DNA of 64,000 bases from Squalus acanthias (Eukaryota), in NCBI GenBank assembly GCA_030390025.1, contig CM059431.1:94118001-94182000 (forward strand), given 5' to 3'. The notes under the pieces are model-generated. The model was not told where the DNA came from and ran no database searches. It was given only the letters and a program-made list of their open reading frames with translations. Shown in pieces: positions 1-11,805 of the stretch. Each line of letters starts with the position of its first letter. Within the stretch, counting starts at the first letter, position 1. The position numbers were made by a program, and so were the translations under genes.

Positions 1-185
1 TACAATTCACTGGGACCGTTCAGAATCTAGGGAATTTTGGAAGATCACAACCAATGCATCCACTATCTCTGCAGCCACCTCTTTTAGAACCCTAGGATGT
101 AGGCCATCAGGTCCAGGGGATTTGTCAGCTTTTAGTCCCATTAGTTTCTCAAGTACTTTTACTCTACTGATAGTAATTACTTTAA
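1..185 (-). mobile_element. CR1 LINE ORF2 fragment (pre-RT region)
   Basis: Minus-strand translation LKADKSPGPDGLHPRVLKEVAAEIVDALVVIFQNSL is typical of CR1 ORF2. Confidence 0.85.
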
Positions 186-331
186 GACTCACTGGGAGAA
201 GCAGCGAGAGCGGCCCTGGGTGGAGACTGAGCGCAGAGACCAAGGAATTTAAGAGCAGGAGAGAGAGAGAGGCCCAGACTCATCGGGAGCAGCGAGAGCA
301 GCCCAGGGTGGAAACTGAGTGCAGAGACCAA
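186..331 (+). repeat. Imperfect ~90-bp tandem duplication (AGACTCA...GCAGAGACCAAGG); second unit continues at 1224 after the MITE
   Basis: Units start at ~186 and ~276; the second is split by the 332-1220 insertion. Possibly CR1 5' UTR sequence. Confidence 0.55.
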
Positions 332-1220
332 GGGGGAGAAATTCAGTATCGCCCCATTTGGGGCGCAATTATCGGCCGGGCGCAAAGATTAGCGCCTGGC
401 GCTAATTATCGCCACCGACTGCAAACTTGACTTTTATCGCCCCTGGAGGTGATTGGAGTGCTAAATCAGGTGCTTCACACCTGTCTTAAGGCGCAAAGGC
501 CGAGGAGCGAGGCGCTACCTCAGAGCACTGGCGAAGCTCATGTGATGTCAGTCAGCAATGGAACACACACACAATGGCACGGGCCAGTTCTTAAAGGGGA
601 TGGTTAATCTTGCTTTCCATCCACATCCTGCTCATTGCAGCCTTGAATCTCGGCCTGGAGAGACCTGCACATCAAATCTGCTGGAAAGAACAATGGAGAG
701 TACCAGGCAAAGAGCTCAGAGTGCAGCCCCCACAGACTCTTCTAAATTGATACAAGGAATGGCAGATCAAAATGCCTGCAAAGTGCTGCTCAGTACCCAA
801 AACTCCTTCACACAACGTTGAATCTCTCCAGAAGTCTCTCTCTCTCTCTCAGAATGCGTAGTTCAAAAATGGCACCAACAATAAAAGGCAGGAAGCGGTC
901 ACCTTTAAATAGCGCTCCCCCTTTCCCTTCATGACTGCAGAACGCTCCCCTCAACCTGTCGTTGCTAGCATCAGGCGGTAAGGCAGGGGGCGCCACTCAA
1001 TTTCCGCTCCGGGGCGTTACCGGGGCGTTGCGCACTCGACTGACGTCACGATCTGCCGGCGCAGGAGATCGTGGCGGTAGTGTTTAGTGCCGCCGCAAAA
1101 TGTCTAGTTAATTTCGCGAGCGGCGCAAACTTCGCCGCGCCTGGGCGCTAGATGCTTTGCGCCCCATTAGCGCCCTCTTAAGGCGCTAACGGGAGGCGCA
1201 ACCAACTGAATTTTTCCCCC
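332..1220 (+). mobile_element. Non-autonomous Harbinger element (MITE-like, 889 bp)
   Basis: 16-bp TIR GGGGGAGAAATTCAGT / ACTGAATTTTTCCCCC; TSD CAA (329-331, 1221-1223); ends resemble the 15788-20004 element. Confidence 0.93.
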
Positions 1221-1255
1221 CAAGGATTTAAAGTGCGGGGCAGAGAGAGAGAGAG

Positions 1256-4200
1256 ACTCCAGGAATGTATGTTGCCTCCCTAGTGCAAGGGTCAAGGATG
1301 TCACCGAGCGGCTGCAGAACATTCTGAGGGGGAGCGTGAACAGTCAGAGGTCGTGGTCCATATTGGTACCAACGACACAGGTAGAAAGAGGGATGAGGTC
1401 CTGCAGGCAGATTTTAGGGAGCTAGGAAAGAGATTAAAAAGCAGGGCCTCAAAGGTAGCAATCTCCGGATTACTCCCAGTGCCACGTGCGAGTGAGTGTA
1501 GAAATAGGAGGACAGAGTAGATGAATGCGTGGCTGGAGAGATGGTGCAGGAGGCCGGTTCTGGGGGAAGTGGGACCTGTACAGCCTGGACAGGTTGCACC
1601 TCAACAGAGCCAGTACCAATATCCTCGCGGGGAGGTTTGCTAGTGCTGTTGGGGAGGGTTTAAATTAATTTGGCAGTGGGAGTAATGTAGCATTAGAAAG
1701 GGGAAATAAAGTGCTCAAAGGATTAGGAGAGGCAGAGAGCACTAAAGTAAGAAATAGTAAGGTATTAGGTAGGGTCCAGCTAAGAGAGAGCACAGGATGG
1801 TCTAAGATAGGTTCACAGTGTATGTATGTGAATGCACAAAGTGTAGTAAACAAGGTAAGTGAGTGCAGGCACAAATAGCCACATGGGAATATGATGTTGT
1901 GGCAATAACTGAGACCTGGCTCAAAAAAAGGCAGGAATAGGTTATTAAATATATCTGGTAATAAGATGTTCAGGAAAGATAGGGAGGGAAAGATAGGAGG
2001 TGGTGTGGCAGTATTAGTTAAGGAGAATGTTACAGTGCTGGAGAGGGGGGATGTCCTGGAGGGGTCAAGGACAGGATCTATATGGCTAGAGTTAAGAAAT
2101 AATAGAGGTGCCATTACACTACTAGGTGTATTCTATAGACCACTAAATAGTGGGAAGGATATGGAGGAGCAAATTTGCAGAGAAATTACAGAGAGGTGCA
2201 AGAACTATAGAGTAGTGATAATGGGGGACTTCAACTATCCTAATATAGACTGGGATCGTATAGTGTTAAGGGCAGAGAGGGGGAAGAACTTCTGAAGTGT
2301 GTACAGGATAACTTTCTTGGTCAGTATGTTTCCAGCACGACGAGGGAGGAAGCATTGCTGGATCTGGTTCTGGGGGATGAGGTAGGTCAAGTGGAGCAAG
2401 TGTCAGTAGGTGAACATTTAGGGAACAGTGCCCATAATATCATAAGGTTTACATTAGCTATGGAAAAGGACAGGAAGCAACATAGAGTAAAATTGTTTAA
2501 CTGGGGGAAGGCCAATTTCAGTGGGATGAGAACGGATCTGGCCCTGGTAAACTTGAATCAAAGATTGGCAGGCAAAACTGTAGTGGAACAATGGGCTGCC
2601 TTTAAAGAGGAAATAGTTCAGGTACAGTTGAGGTACATTCCCACTAGGGGGAAAGGCAGGGCAACTAAAATCAGAGCTCCCTGGATGACGAAACAGATAG
2701 AGAATATGATCAAATAGATAAAGAGCGTGTCTGACAGATGGCAGGTTGCAAATACATCTGAGAATCAGGCTATATATAAAGGTCAGAGGAGAAGTGAAAA
2801 AGAAAATAAGAGGGGCAAAGAGAGGATATGAGATTAGAATGGCAGCCAACATAAAAGGTAATCCAAAAGTCTTCTACAGGCATATAAATAGTAAAACGGT
2901 AGTAAGATGAGGGGTGGGGCCGATTAGGGACCTATGCATGGAGGCAGAAGGTATAGCTGAGGTACTAAATGAGTACTTTGCATCTGTCTTCACCATGGAA
3001 GAGGATGCTGTGAAGGAGGAGGTAGTAGAAACACTTGATCGGATAAAAATTGATAAAGAAGACATATTTGAAAGGCTGGCTGTACTTAAAGTAGATAAAT
3101 CACCAGGAGCAGATGGGATGCATCCTAGGATGCTGAGGGACTTGAGGGTGGAAATCGCGGAGGTACTGGCCATAATATTCCAATCCTCCATAGATACAGG
3201 GGTGGTGCCAGAGGACTGGAGAATTGCAAATGCTACACCATTGTTCAACAAAGGGTGTAAAGATAACCCCAACAACTACAGGCCAGTCAGTTTAACCTCG
3301 GTAATGGGGAAGCTTTTAGAAACAATAATCAGGGACAAAATCAACAGTTACTTGGATAGGGTTGGATTAATTAAGGAAAGCCAGCATGGATTTGTTAAAG
3401 GCAAATCGTGTTTAACGAACTTGATTGAGTTTTTTGATGAGATAACAGCAAGGGTTGATGAGGGTAATGCGGTTGATGTAGTGTACATTGATTTCCAAAA
3501 GGCGTTCGACAAAGTGCCAGCAAAATTGAAGCCCATGGAATAAAAGGGACAGTGGCAGCATGGATACAAAATTGGCTAAGTGACAGGAAACAGAGAGTAG
3601 TGCTGAGTGTTTTTTTTTCGGATTGGAGGAAGGTATGCAGTGGTGTTCCCCAGGGATCGGTACGAGGACCATTGCTTTTCTTGATATATATTAATGACTT
3701 GGACATGGGTGTACAGGGCACAATTTCAAAATTTGCAGATGACACAAAACTTGGAAGTACAGTGAACAGTGAGGAGGAGAGTGATAGACTTCAGGAAGAC
3801 ATAGACAGGCTGGTGAAATAGGCAGACACGTGGCAGATGAAATGTAATGCAGAAAAGAGTGAAGTGAAGCATTTTGGTAGAAGGAATGAGGAGAGGACAT
3901 ATAAACTAAATGGTACAATCCTCAAGGGGGTGCTCGAACAGAGAGACCTGGGGGTATGTGTGCATAAATCATTGAAGGTGGCAGGGCAGGTTGAGAAAGC
4001 AGTTAAAAAGGCTTATGGGATACTGGGCTTCATGAATAGAGGTATAAAGTACAAAAGTGTGGAAATTATGATGAACCTGTATAAAACACTGGTTAGGCCC
4101 CAACTGGAGTACTGTGTCTAATTCTGGGCACCGCACTTTAGGAAGGATGTAAAGGCCTTAGAGAGGGTGCAGAAAAGATTTACAAGAATGATTCCAGGAA

Positions 4201-4557
4201 TGAGGGACTTCAGTTACATTGATAGACTGGAGAAGCTGGGGTTGTTCTCTTTGGAGCAGAGAAGATTGAGAGGAGATTTGATAGAGGTGTTCAAAATCAT
4301 GAGGGGTCTGGACAGGGTAGATAGAGAGAAACTGTTCCCATTAGCAGAAGGGTTGAGAACCAGAGGACACAGATTTAAGGTGATTGGCAAAAGAACCAAA
4401 GGCGACATAAGAAAAAACTTTTTTACACAGCGAGTGGTTCAGATCTGGAATGCACTGCCTGAAAGGGTGGTGGAGGCAGAATCAATTTTATCTTTCAAAA
4501 GGGAGTTGGATAAGCATGTAGGAAAAAAAATTGCAGGGCTACAGGGAAAGGGCAGGC
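1256..4557 (+). mobile_element. CR1 LINE, decayed (ORF1 esterase end, APE endonuclease, RT); 3' tail resumes at ~7024-7104
   Basis: [51 protein letters not shown] and KFADDTK motifs with stops and frameshifts. Confidence 0.95.
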
Positions 4558-4560
4558 CTA

Positions 4561-5450
4561 TGTGGTTGATAATGAAAAAGAAAGCTGTAGACTGCAGGAA
4601 GATATCAATGAACTGGTCAGGTGGACAGAACAGTGGCAAATTCAATCCGGAGAAGTGTGAGATAATGCATTTGGGGAGGGCTAACAAGGCAAGGGAATAC
4701 ACATTAAATGGTAGGACACTAAGTAGTGTAGACGGACAAAGGAACCTTGGAGTGCAGGTCCACAGATCCCTGAAGGTAGTAGGCCAAGTAGATAAGGTGT
4801 TAAGAAGGCATACGGAATGCTTGCCTTTATTAGCCGAGGCATAGAACACAAGAGCAGGGGGGTTATGCTTCAACTGTATAAAACACTAGTTAGGCCTCAG
4901 CTAGAGTACTGTGTGCAGTTCTGGTCACCACATTACAGGAAAGATGTGATTGCACTCGAGAGGGTACAGAGGAGATTTACGAGGATGTTGCCTGGACTGG
5001 AGAATTTTAGCTACAAGGAAAGATTAGATAGGCTGAGTTTGCTTTCTTTGGAACAGAGGAGACTGAGGGGAGAACTTATTGAGGTGTATAAAATTATGAG
5101 GGGCCTAGACAGAGTGGACAGGAAGGACCTATTTCCCTCAGCAGAGGGGTCAACAACCAGGGGGCACAGATTTAAAGTAATTGGTAGGAGGTTTAGAGGG
5201 GATTTGAGGGGAAATTTCTTCACCCAGAGGGTGGTGGAGGTCTGGAACTCACTGCCTGAAAGGGTGGTAGAGGCAGAAACCCTAACCACATTTAAAAAGT
5301 GCTTGGATGTGCACTTGGGATGCTCTAACCTGCAGGGCTACGGACCAAGAGCAGGAAAGTGGGATTAGGCTGGATAGCTCTTTGTCGGCCGGTGCAGACA
5401 CGATGGGCCGAAATGGCCTCCTTCCGTGCTGTAAATTTCTATGATTCTAA
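4561..5450 (+). mobile_element. 5'-truncated CR1 LINE nested in the 3' end of another CR1
   Basis: LYKTLVRPQLEYCVQFWSP, RRLRG and FFTQRVV..WNSLP motifs; (ATTCTATG)-type tail at ~5436-5450. Confidence 0.92.
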
Positions 5451-7019
5451 GGCCGCGAATTTAATTGCGCTGAGGGGGCGGGTTTGGAGGCGGGACCGCT
5501 GTCAAAATCACAAAGATTGACAGCGGGTAGGAAACCCCCGACACCAAGCGGCGGGGGAGACAATTCTGGTACTTAAATGGTTTGTTAACAGCCAATTTAA
5601 GAGGATTTTAAGGCTTACCTATAATTTTAGCTTCTCCCCCAATGGTTACCCGCTTTTCGAAGAACATGCCAGCTCAACCTGGTGTGTTGTGAGTCTGCTC
5701 TGATGTTTGTGTAAAGCTGACAGCTGCAGAAGTGGTGTCAAGGATGCCATGTTGCAGATGGTGAGTTTCAGAGCAAAGAAAATGTTGGTTACTTCATTTT
5801 TCATACATATAGAGATTTATTTTACTTACAAGTTTTTAAATCCATCTGTATGTCCAGTGCCACCTCATTGGGAGAACCTCTCTCACCAGTGACAGATCAC
5901 TTCTGTCATCTCACCTGCAGCTGCCATCTATTCCAGCAACATCGGAGCCATTGAAACAATCAGACCTTGGTCCACCGAATCCTTCCACAATCAGTCCCAA
6001 CACCAACATCACCAACCTCATCACCAACCTTCGCCACCATCACCTGATGCTGCACTGGACACAGGGTATCAGCCCTTGACAAAATTGCTGGCCGGGAGGC
6101 CATCGATGGCATCACCATGGCCAGACTTTCTTCACTTGACGCTGTAAACCTTGGCTGGCGCATGATGCGCCAGGTTGACACCATCCCACACCAGCACCGT
6201 GAAGCATCCCTTTAATGTCCAATCCATTCCATGCACACACATCATTATAGCGGGGTGGCGGTGGGGGGGGGGGGGGGGGGGGGGGGGGGTGGCGGTGGCT
6301 AGTTATGACTGAACAATCACTGGAACTCAGTAAGACAGTTCTTAATGTGCGCTCAGATCTGTCCAATAAGGGGCACTTTTGGAAAAAGATATTACACTGT
6401 ATGACAACACTTTACCAGAAACTTCACATGGACATTGGCTAAACCATTCAAGTGCCTACCCTTGTGTGTTGTTAGTTGGTATGCTTGCAGTTGGAAGAGG
6501 GTTAGTGTGAGGGGTGGCTAGTGAGATGGGGAAGTGATAAAGTAGATAGAGAGGGTTGGGTGCAGGTGCAAGGTAAGTTGGTGTCCTGGGGAGGTCTCTT
6601 CCACCCTGGGGAGGTCTCTTCCACACTGGTGAGGTCTCCTCCGCCCTTGGAAGGGAAGAGAACCTCCCTGCATGCTGTGACTCCCTCCATAAGCATATGG
6701 AGGGAGTCATTGGAGAGCCTGGGTGCAATTGTTCACCTTTGTGCAGTGATTGTCAATGTTTGCAGCACCTCAATGCTTTCAAACACTGACAGAACAACTG
6801 TCAAACTCCATGTGGATATGGTCCCTTTAAGGAAACTGGCAGATGACACGTCATCAAATGATGTCATCAGACCCACTTCCTGTTAATTGTCCGATAAGTC
6901 TTAACAAGGCCAATCAAGGGAAAATCATGTCTGCAGAGCGAAGGCAGTTGGGGACGGGACCGGAACCTGGAAACCAGCTGACCTGCCCCCATCCCGCCTT
7001 CAGAAATAAAATCGCGGCC
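5451..7019. mobile_element. Non-autonomous TIR element, probably Harbinger-type
   Basis: TIR GGCCGCGAATTTA / TAAAATCGCGGCC; imperfect 3-bp TSD (TAA/TAT) inside a CR1 tail repeat; long poly-G run at ~6263-6289. Confidence 0.7.
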
Positions 7020-7187
7020 TATGAGTGGGACTAGCTGAGAGTTGGCACCTGCTCGACGGGCCGAATGGCCTTCTTTCGTGCTGTAACCATTCTATGATTC
7101 TATGATGTTCCTCACTCTAATTAGCCCCTTGGTTCCCCACTATTTTGGTAGACTTTTTGTCTCATCTATTGTGAAGACAGATGCATT

Positions 7188-8540
7188 GGTCCAAAAATTG
7201 GGCTACTTACCGCCACCCGTTAGCACTGGAATCAATGTGAAAAATGGCGGCTGCCACTCTTACGCCAGTCCCTGGTGCGGGACTCGGTGGCCACCATTTT
7301 TGTAAGGGCCTTAGCGCTGCCAATAGGGTCACCCATTTAAAATGGAGATGAGGAGGAATTTCTTCTCTCAGCGGGTCATGAATCTTTGGAATTCTCTACC
7401 CCAGAGAGCTGTGGAGGCGGAGTCATTGAATATATTTGAGCTACAGGGGAGCCAAGGGTTATGGGGAGTGGGTGGGAAAGTGGCGTTGAGGCCAAGATCA
7501 GATCAACCATGATCTTATTGAATGGCGGGGCAGGCTCGAGGGGCCGAATGGCCTACTCCTGCTCCTATTTCTTATGTTCTTATGTTGTTCTTATGTTGGC
7601 AGGCCTGTCAGAAAGCCTAAATGCAATGTCAAGGAGCATGGAGGAGTTCAGCTCCAGTCTTGCACCGGGCTTTGTGCGGAGCTTGGAGCCCATCATTTCC
7701 AGCGTGGAAGAGGAGGCCAGATTCATTAACGCACTTGTGGACCCAACCATCATGCCATGTCTGATGGCCAAAGTCTCAGCTTCCATTGCAGCACAAGCAG
7801 AAGCCACCCAATGTCTGAGTTCTGCAATGGAACCTCAGACTGAAGTCATGCAAGCACAGCTTGCTGTCACACAAGCACAGACTGCTGGAATCATGGCTGG
7901 TTTGCAGGGTGCAACAGCAGTCCAGCAGCCTGTACTCCATCAGATTACTAGGATTGTTGAGGCGCTATCCCAGGGGAATGGCAATGGATCCATGGAGTTT
8001 CACTGCAGGTCTGGTTGCAAGAGGTGGCAGAGTTCTGTGAGCCTCCTTTGTAAAGCGCAGACACGTCAGACACTGCTCCTGCCTCAGACTGCGGTAAGAG
8101 AATTGCTCTCAGAAGACCCTAGGTGGGTAAGGCCTCCTGCTAAGAGCCCTTCTGCTCCTCCCTGTGCGAGCAGCTTGTCCTCTTATTTGTTGCCTCTGCT
8201 CCAGCTCCTTGTCATGCTGCAGGCCAAGGGGGATGACAACTAGAGCACCCATGACCAATGTTCCCTTTAAGCTGTGCGGCCAGTGCGGCTTCTAAATAGA
8301 AAAACAGTGCATGCGCCGAATTTTGAATGGACCACACACTTAACATTGCCTGTGACTGGGAGGAAGTGGTCTGACCAGAAACCTTGACGTCAGAAGCATG
8401 GCCTTCTCCACTTGCAGCACCACTTCCTGTCATCTCACTAACTTTAACGAACTCAAAAATCTCCAAACAGTTGCACAAACTTACACAGAGCCAGTAGAAA
8501 TCAAAAAGCAAGTTACCTTTAAATAGCAAAATGGGCACTA
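7188..8540 (+). mobile_element. Decayed Harbinger relic (left end plus Myb-gene C-terminal fragment at ~7595-8000)
   Basis: Left end resembles that at 60838; translation SLEPII...ASIAAQAEATQ...AQTAGI...QQPVLHQI matches exon 3 of the other Harbinger Myb genes. Right boundary uncertain. Confidence 0.55.
7340..7590 (+). mobile_element. Short CR1 3' fragment
   Basis: GAGATGAGGAGGAATTTCTTC...GGGCCGAATGGCCTACTCCTGCTCC and a TTCTTATG tail. Confidence 0.8.
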
Positions 8541-8562
8541 CGCAACCAAAGTTCTAAGCCTA

Positions 8563-9060
8563 TGTAAAACAACTCATCTTAAGTTGTTACCATGGCGTCA
8601 GCTTGGTGGGTTTACTAATGACTAAGAGATAAGACCAGAGATGCGTACATGAAGAACGAAGCATCCAAATAGTATAAGAAAGAAGTATGGATGAACAGAT
8701 GAACAAAGAAAGCTGGCCAGTCTATGTTTCAACTTACGACTTTTCCTGGACAGATCACCCAGAGATAAAGGAGCATGTATAAAAGTTGGACATAAGAGCT
8801 TAGATATTGTTAAAGTGTACTTTTATGTACGGTTGACTTGGGATATAAATCGCCAGAAGGTAGCATATAAGTTGCTGGGGTGTACTTTTATGTACAGTAA
8901 ATTGGAAGCATATTGATTACGAGAGAATGCTTCTATGTACACTTGAAATTTGAACTATAGTGTAAATAAAGACCAATTTTATTGATCACATACTTATCTG
9001 TCATTGTTACGCTTATTTGTAATTCTCAAAGTCTGAACAGTAGTAAGAGAATGGCTTACA
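8563..9060 (+). repeat. 5' LTR
   Basis: TGTAA start and TTACA end; AATAAA at ~8965; 8689-9060 repeats at 14488-14858. 5' boundary less certain. Confidence 0.8.
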
Positions 9061-9064
9061 TAAA

Positions 9065-9082
9065 TGCCGATCATGAAGGGAC
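9065..9082 (+). promoter_or_regulatory. Primer binding site, tRNA-Arg(TCG)-like
   Basis: TGCCGATCATGAAGGGAC, 4 nt after the LTR, matches TGGCGACCACGAAGGGAC (complement of a vertebrate tRNA-Arg-TCG 3' end, recalled from memory) at 15/18. Confidence 0.7.
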
Positions 9083-9112
9083 TTTGAGGGGAAAAAGCGT
9101 TTTTTTATAACA

Positions 9113-10040
9113 ATGCTGGACAAGAAAGTGAGAAGTATGGAGGATTTGGTAGCAAAATATATTAATGGAAAAATCGATAGAGATAAACCATGGGTTAGAG
9201 ATATTGTGCAGAACGATGACCCTGTACAAAAAGCAAAGGAATGGACGGAAGGTCTGTTAGGAAAGGTGCCATGGTATAAAGCGATGTGGCTGTTTGCCTA
9301 TCAAAGACAATTAGTTCAAAATAAGAAAGTGATGGATGAACAATCCAGAGAGATTGAGCAACTGAAACGAAAGGTGAACGACAGGGAAGCGGAGATGGAC
9401 CACCAGTTAAAAGAGTTAGAGGAATTAAAAGAACAGAGACAAGCTGGAAAAGTGAAAGGGGAAAGTAACGTGGAATACTTGCAATGTCAGGTGATGGAGT
9501 GTTCAAGGAGAGCTGATGAATGGGAGAAAAAAAGCCATAAGCAACATCGGCAGACAGCCTCGGCTGAGGAAGTGTTAAGCAATGTAAAAACAGCGGCAAC
9601 AAAAAGAGGGCGAAGCTGGTCACACTAAATGCCGAAAGGAAATTGAGCGATTGAAAGCTCGTCTATCAGTAGAGAAGGGGGATAATATGCTTGATGACCC
9701 CAGAGGAAGGAGATATGGAGGAGGAAGTAGAGGGGGAAGGAAAGTGGTCTGAGGATGAAACACAATACGGGGAATTGAGAATCCCGCCGGAAGTACCGGA
9801 ACCCCCGGTCCCACCGCCAATGAATCCTATGAGGCAGCAGAAATTTGGTTCCCCTGTCAGAGGACAGAACAGAGGGGTGTTAGAAAGTGATTATACCATA
9901 CCGTATAACACGACGCCATTGAAAGAAATGCTGGGTGATTTAGGGAAACTAGAAATGGGAGGTGAACTCCAAGGACATTTCATTGCAGTCGAACAAAGGG
10001 CAGCTGTAAGTGAAATGGATGAAGATGGAAAAATGAAGTT
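9113..10040 (+). pseudogene. gag: gag-like gene, N-terminal part with a long coiled coil and a proline-rich segment; frameshifted and truncated
   Basis: Starts just after the PBS; ORFs 9113-9628 and 9691-10095; E/K/Q heptad region; PEPPVPPPMNP. Confidence 0.6.
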
Positions 10041-11189
10041 AACCCCGCCAGAAAAGGGAGGGAGACAGAATAAGTTGCTGAGGCAATTTAAGTGAAGGAA
10101 AAAAAGGGGAAAATTAAAGTTTTACCGACACGAAGCTATTAGTTTCTGTCCAAAACAAGTAAAACACAGGAATTGCTGAGTGAAAGGAACCTTAAAAGAA
10201 TGTTGGAATTTCAGTTTGTGTGAAAGTGTGTGTTAAAAGTGTGGAAGTTTTCTGTTTCTTGAAAGAAGGTGTCTGGTGTGTTTGTTTCAGCTCCACCCAC
10301 TTTTCTGTACTGAGAGCTAGAAGTTGTTCAACCTTTTGTAGTCTTTTCTTGAATGATGGACAAGCGTGTGCTATTTTAAGTTTGTTAATTAAAATTCAAT
10401 TTAAGTTTGTGAATTGTTTTACAAAAGATAAGCTTCAGCCTTGAAGTTACAGTTGCCAATTTGAATGTTTACAAAGTATGTGTGAATGTTTCTTTGTTAG
10501 TGTGGCTTCTTCCTTTGTTTTTCAAGTGATACTGGTGAGTTTAAAATATTGGTTTGAATTGAATTGGAGTTATTGAGGTTAATTAACCTGTTAAAACCAG
10601 ACTTTTATTGTGGCCACGGTGAAATTCTGGTTGGTGTAAATTTGTGTGATAGCCTCTAGTTCTGGATATGAGGCAAAAACACATCAACACTTTTTGAAAT
10701 TTTTGACCAATTACAAGTATGGGTGTCCAGGGGGAAAAAAAGGAAATGCTATTTATTGTGTGGAGTTGCTTCACAGAATGTTTAGGATGTCTGATGCTTT
10801 TACGTGCTGAAGTGAATTGATCAGGATCTTAACAAAGATTTTAAAGGTACAAAGACTTTGCAAAAAGTAAAGATTTACTTGAAAGCTGTGAGAAGTTGTG
10901 TGAGAAAATCTGACAGTGATTGATGTCTGTGTTTGTCTTCTTTTGAAATGCAAAAGGTAGAAGTTAACTCTTTTCACAAGCAGCTGTGAACTCTGTTTTT
11001 AACTCCACAAACAGATGTGGGTTTTGTAAACATTTTGGGCATTGTTTTAAGTTTGAGTGGATGTTTCCCCACATTGACAGAAGGGCGTCGGAAATTGACG
11101 AATTCACCCATTTGGCTGTTCGGAAAGCCGCAATGGATTGTCTGTTTTTTCTTTTAAGCAGGGGGCCAGATGAGTGTTGATGGTGCAAG

Positions 11190-11683
11190 ATTACCAGCTG
11201 GGTAGAAGTCGTCTCACGCAAGTCAGCCACGGCCAAGACCCTAGTTGAGGGGGTATTCTACAGATGGGGATGTCCTCCGTGATAGGGTCAGGCCAGGGAA
11301 GTCTTTCTACAGGTCAGGTAATGCAAGCCACTCTGAAATTGCTAGGAATTGAAGGGAAATGGCATGTAACCCACAACCCACAATCATCGGGGATTGTGGA
11401 AAGAATGAACTGTACATTGAAGTTGGCCCTGCGAAAGGAATTAAACGAACAACACACTAAGTGGGATAAGGGACTTTCCCTAATCCTTATGGGGATACGC
11501 AGTAACAGATCCAAAGGATCGGGTCATTCCCCTCATGAATTGGTAACGGGGAGACCCATGCGAACCCCCACACACCTGTTGGTTCCCACTCTGACTGATA
11601 AACAAACTAAGGAGGTGGCTCAGGACAAATTCCTGAGCGACCTGTGGGGATCTTTAAAGGAACTGAACTTGAGCCGCCCGTAA
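11190..11683 (+). pseudogene. Retroviral/Gypsy-type integrase core remnant
   Basis: LGIEGKWHVTHNPQSSGIVERMNCTLKLAL...W...L..IR...GHSPHELVTGRPMR. Confidence 0.9.
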
Positions 11684-11805
11684 CATTGGGAACAACATCG
11701 GCAACCTTGGGAGGAGGTGGGAGCAAACCAAAAAGGAAATGATGTTGAATGTGTGAATAAGAGAATGTGAATATTAACTGTGTTGTGTGTTACAGAAGCT
11801 CCAGG

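Noticed and set aside
6263..6289. Poly-G run and polyproline ORF
   Set aside because: It is a simple homopolymer inside a non-autonomous element, and its length is unreliable.
4555..7023. GGCCTATG at both ends as an 8-bp TSD
   Set aside because: The second occurrence is formed by the TIR end plus the CR1 tail, so it is probably coincidental.
7461..8243. 260-aa ORF
   Set aside because: It is a chimeric read-through of a CR1 tail and a Harbinger Myb fragment.
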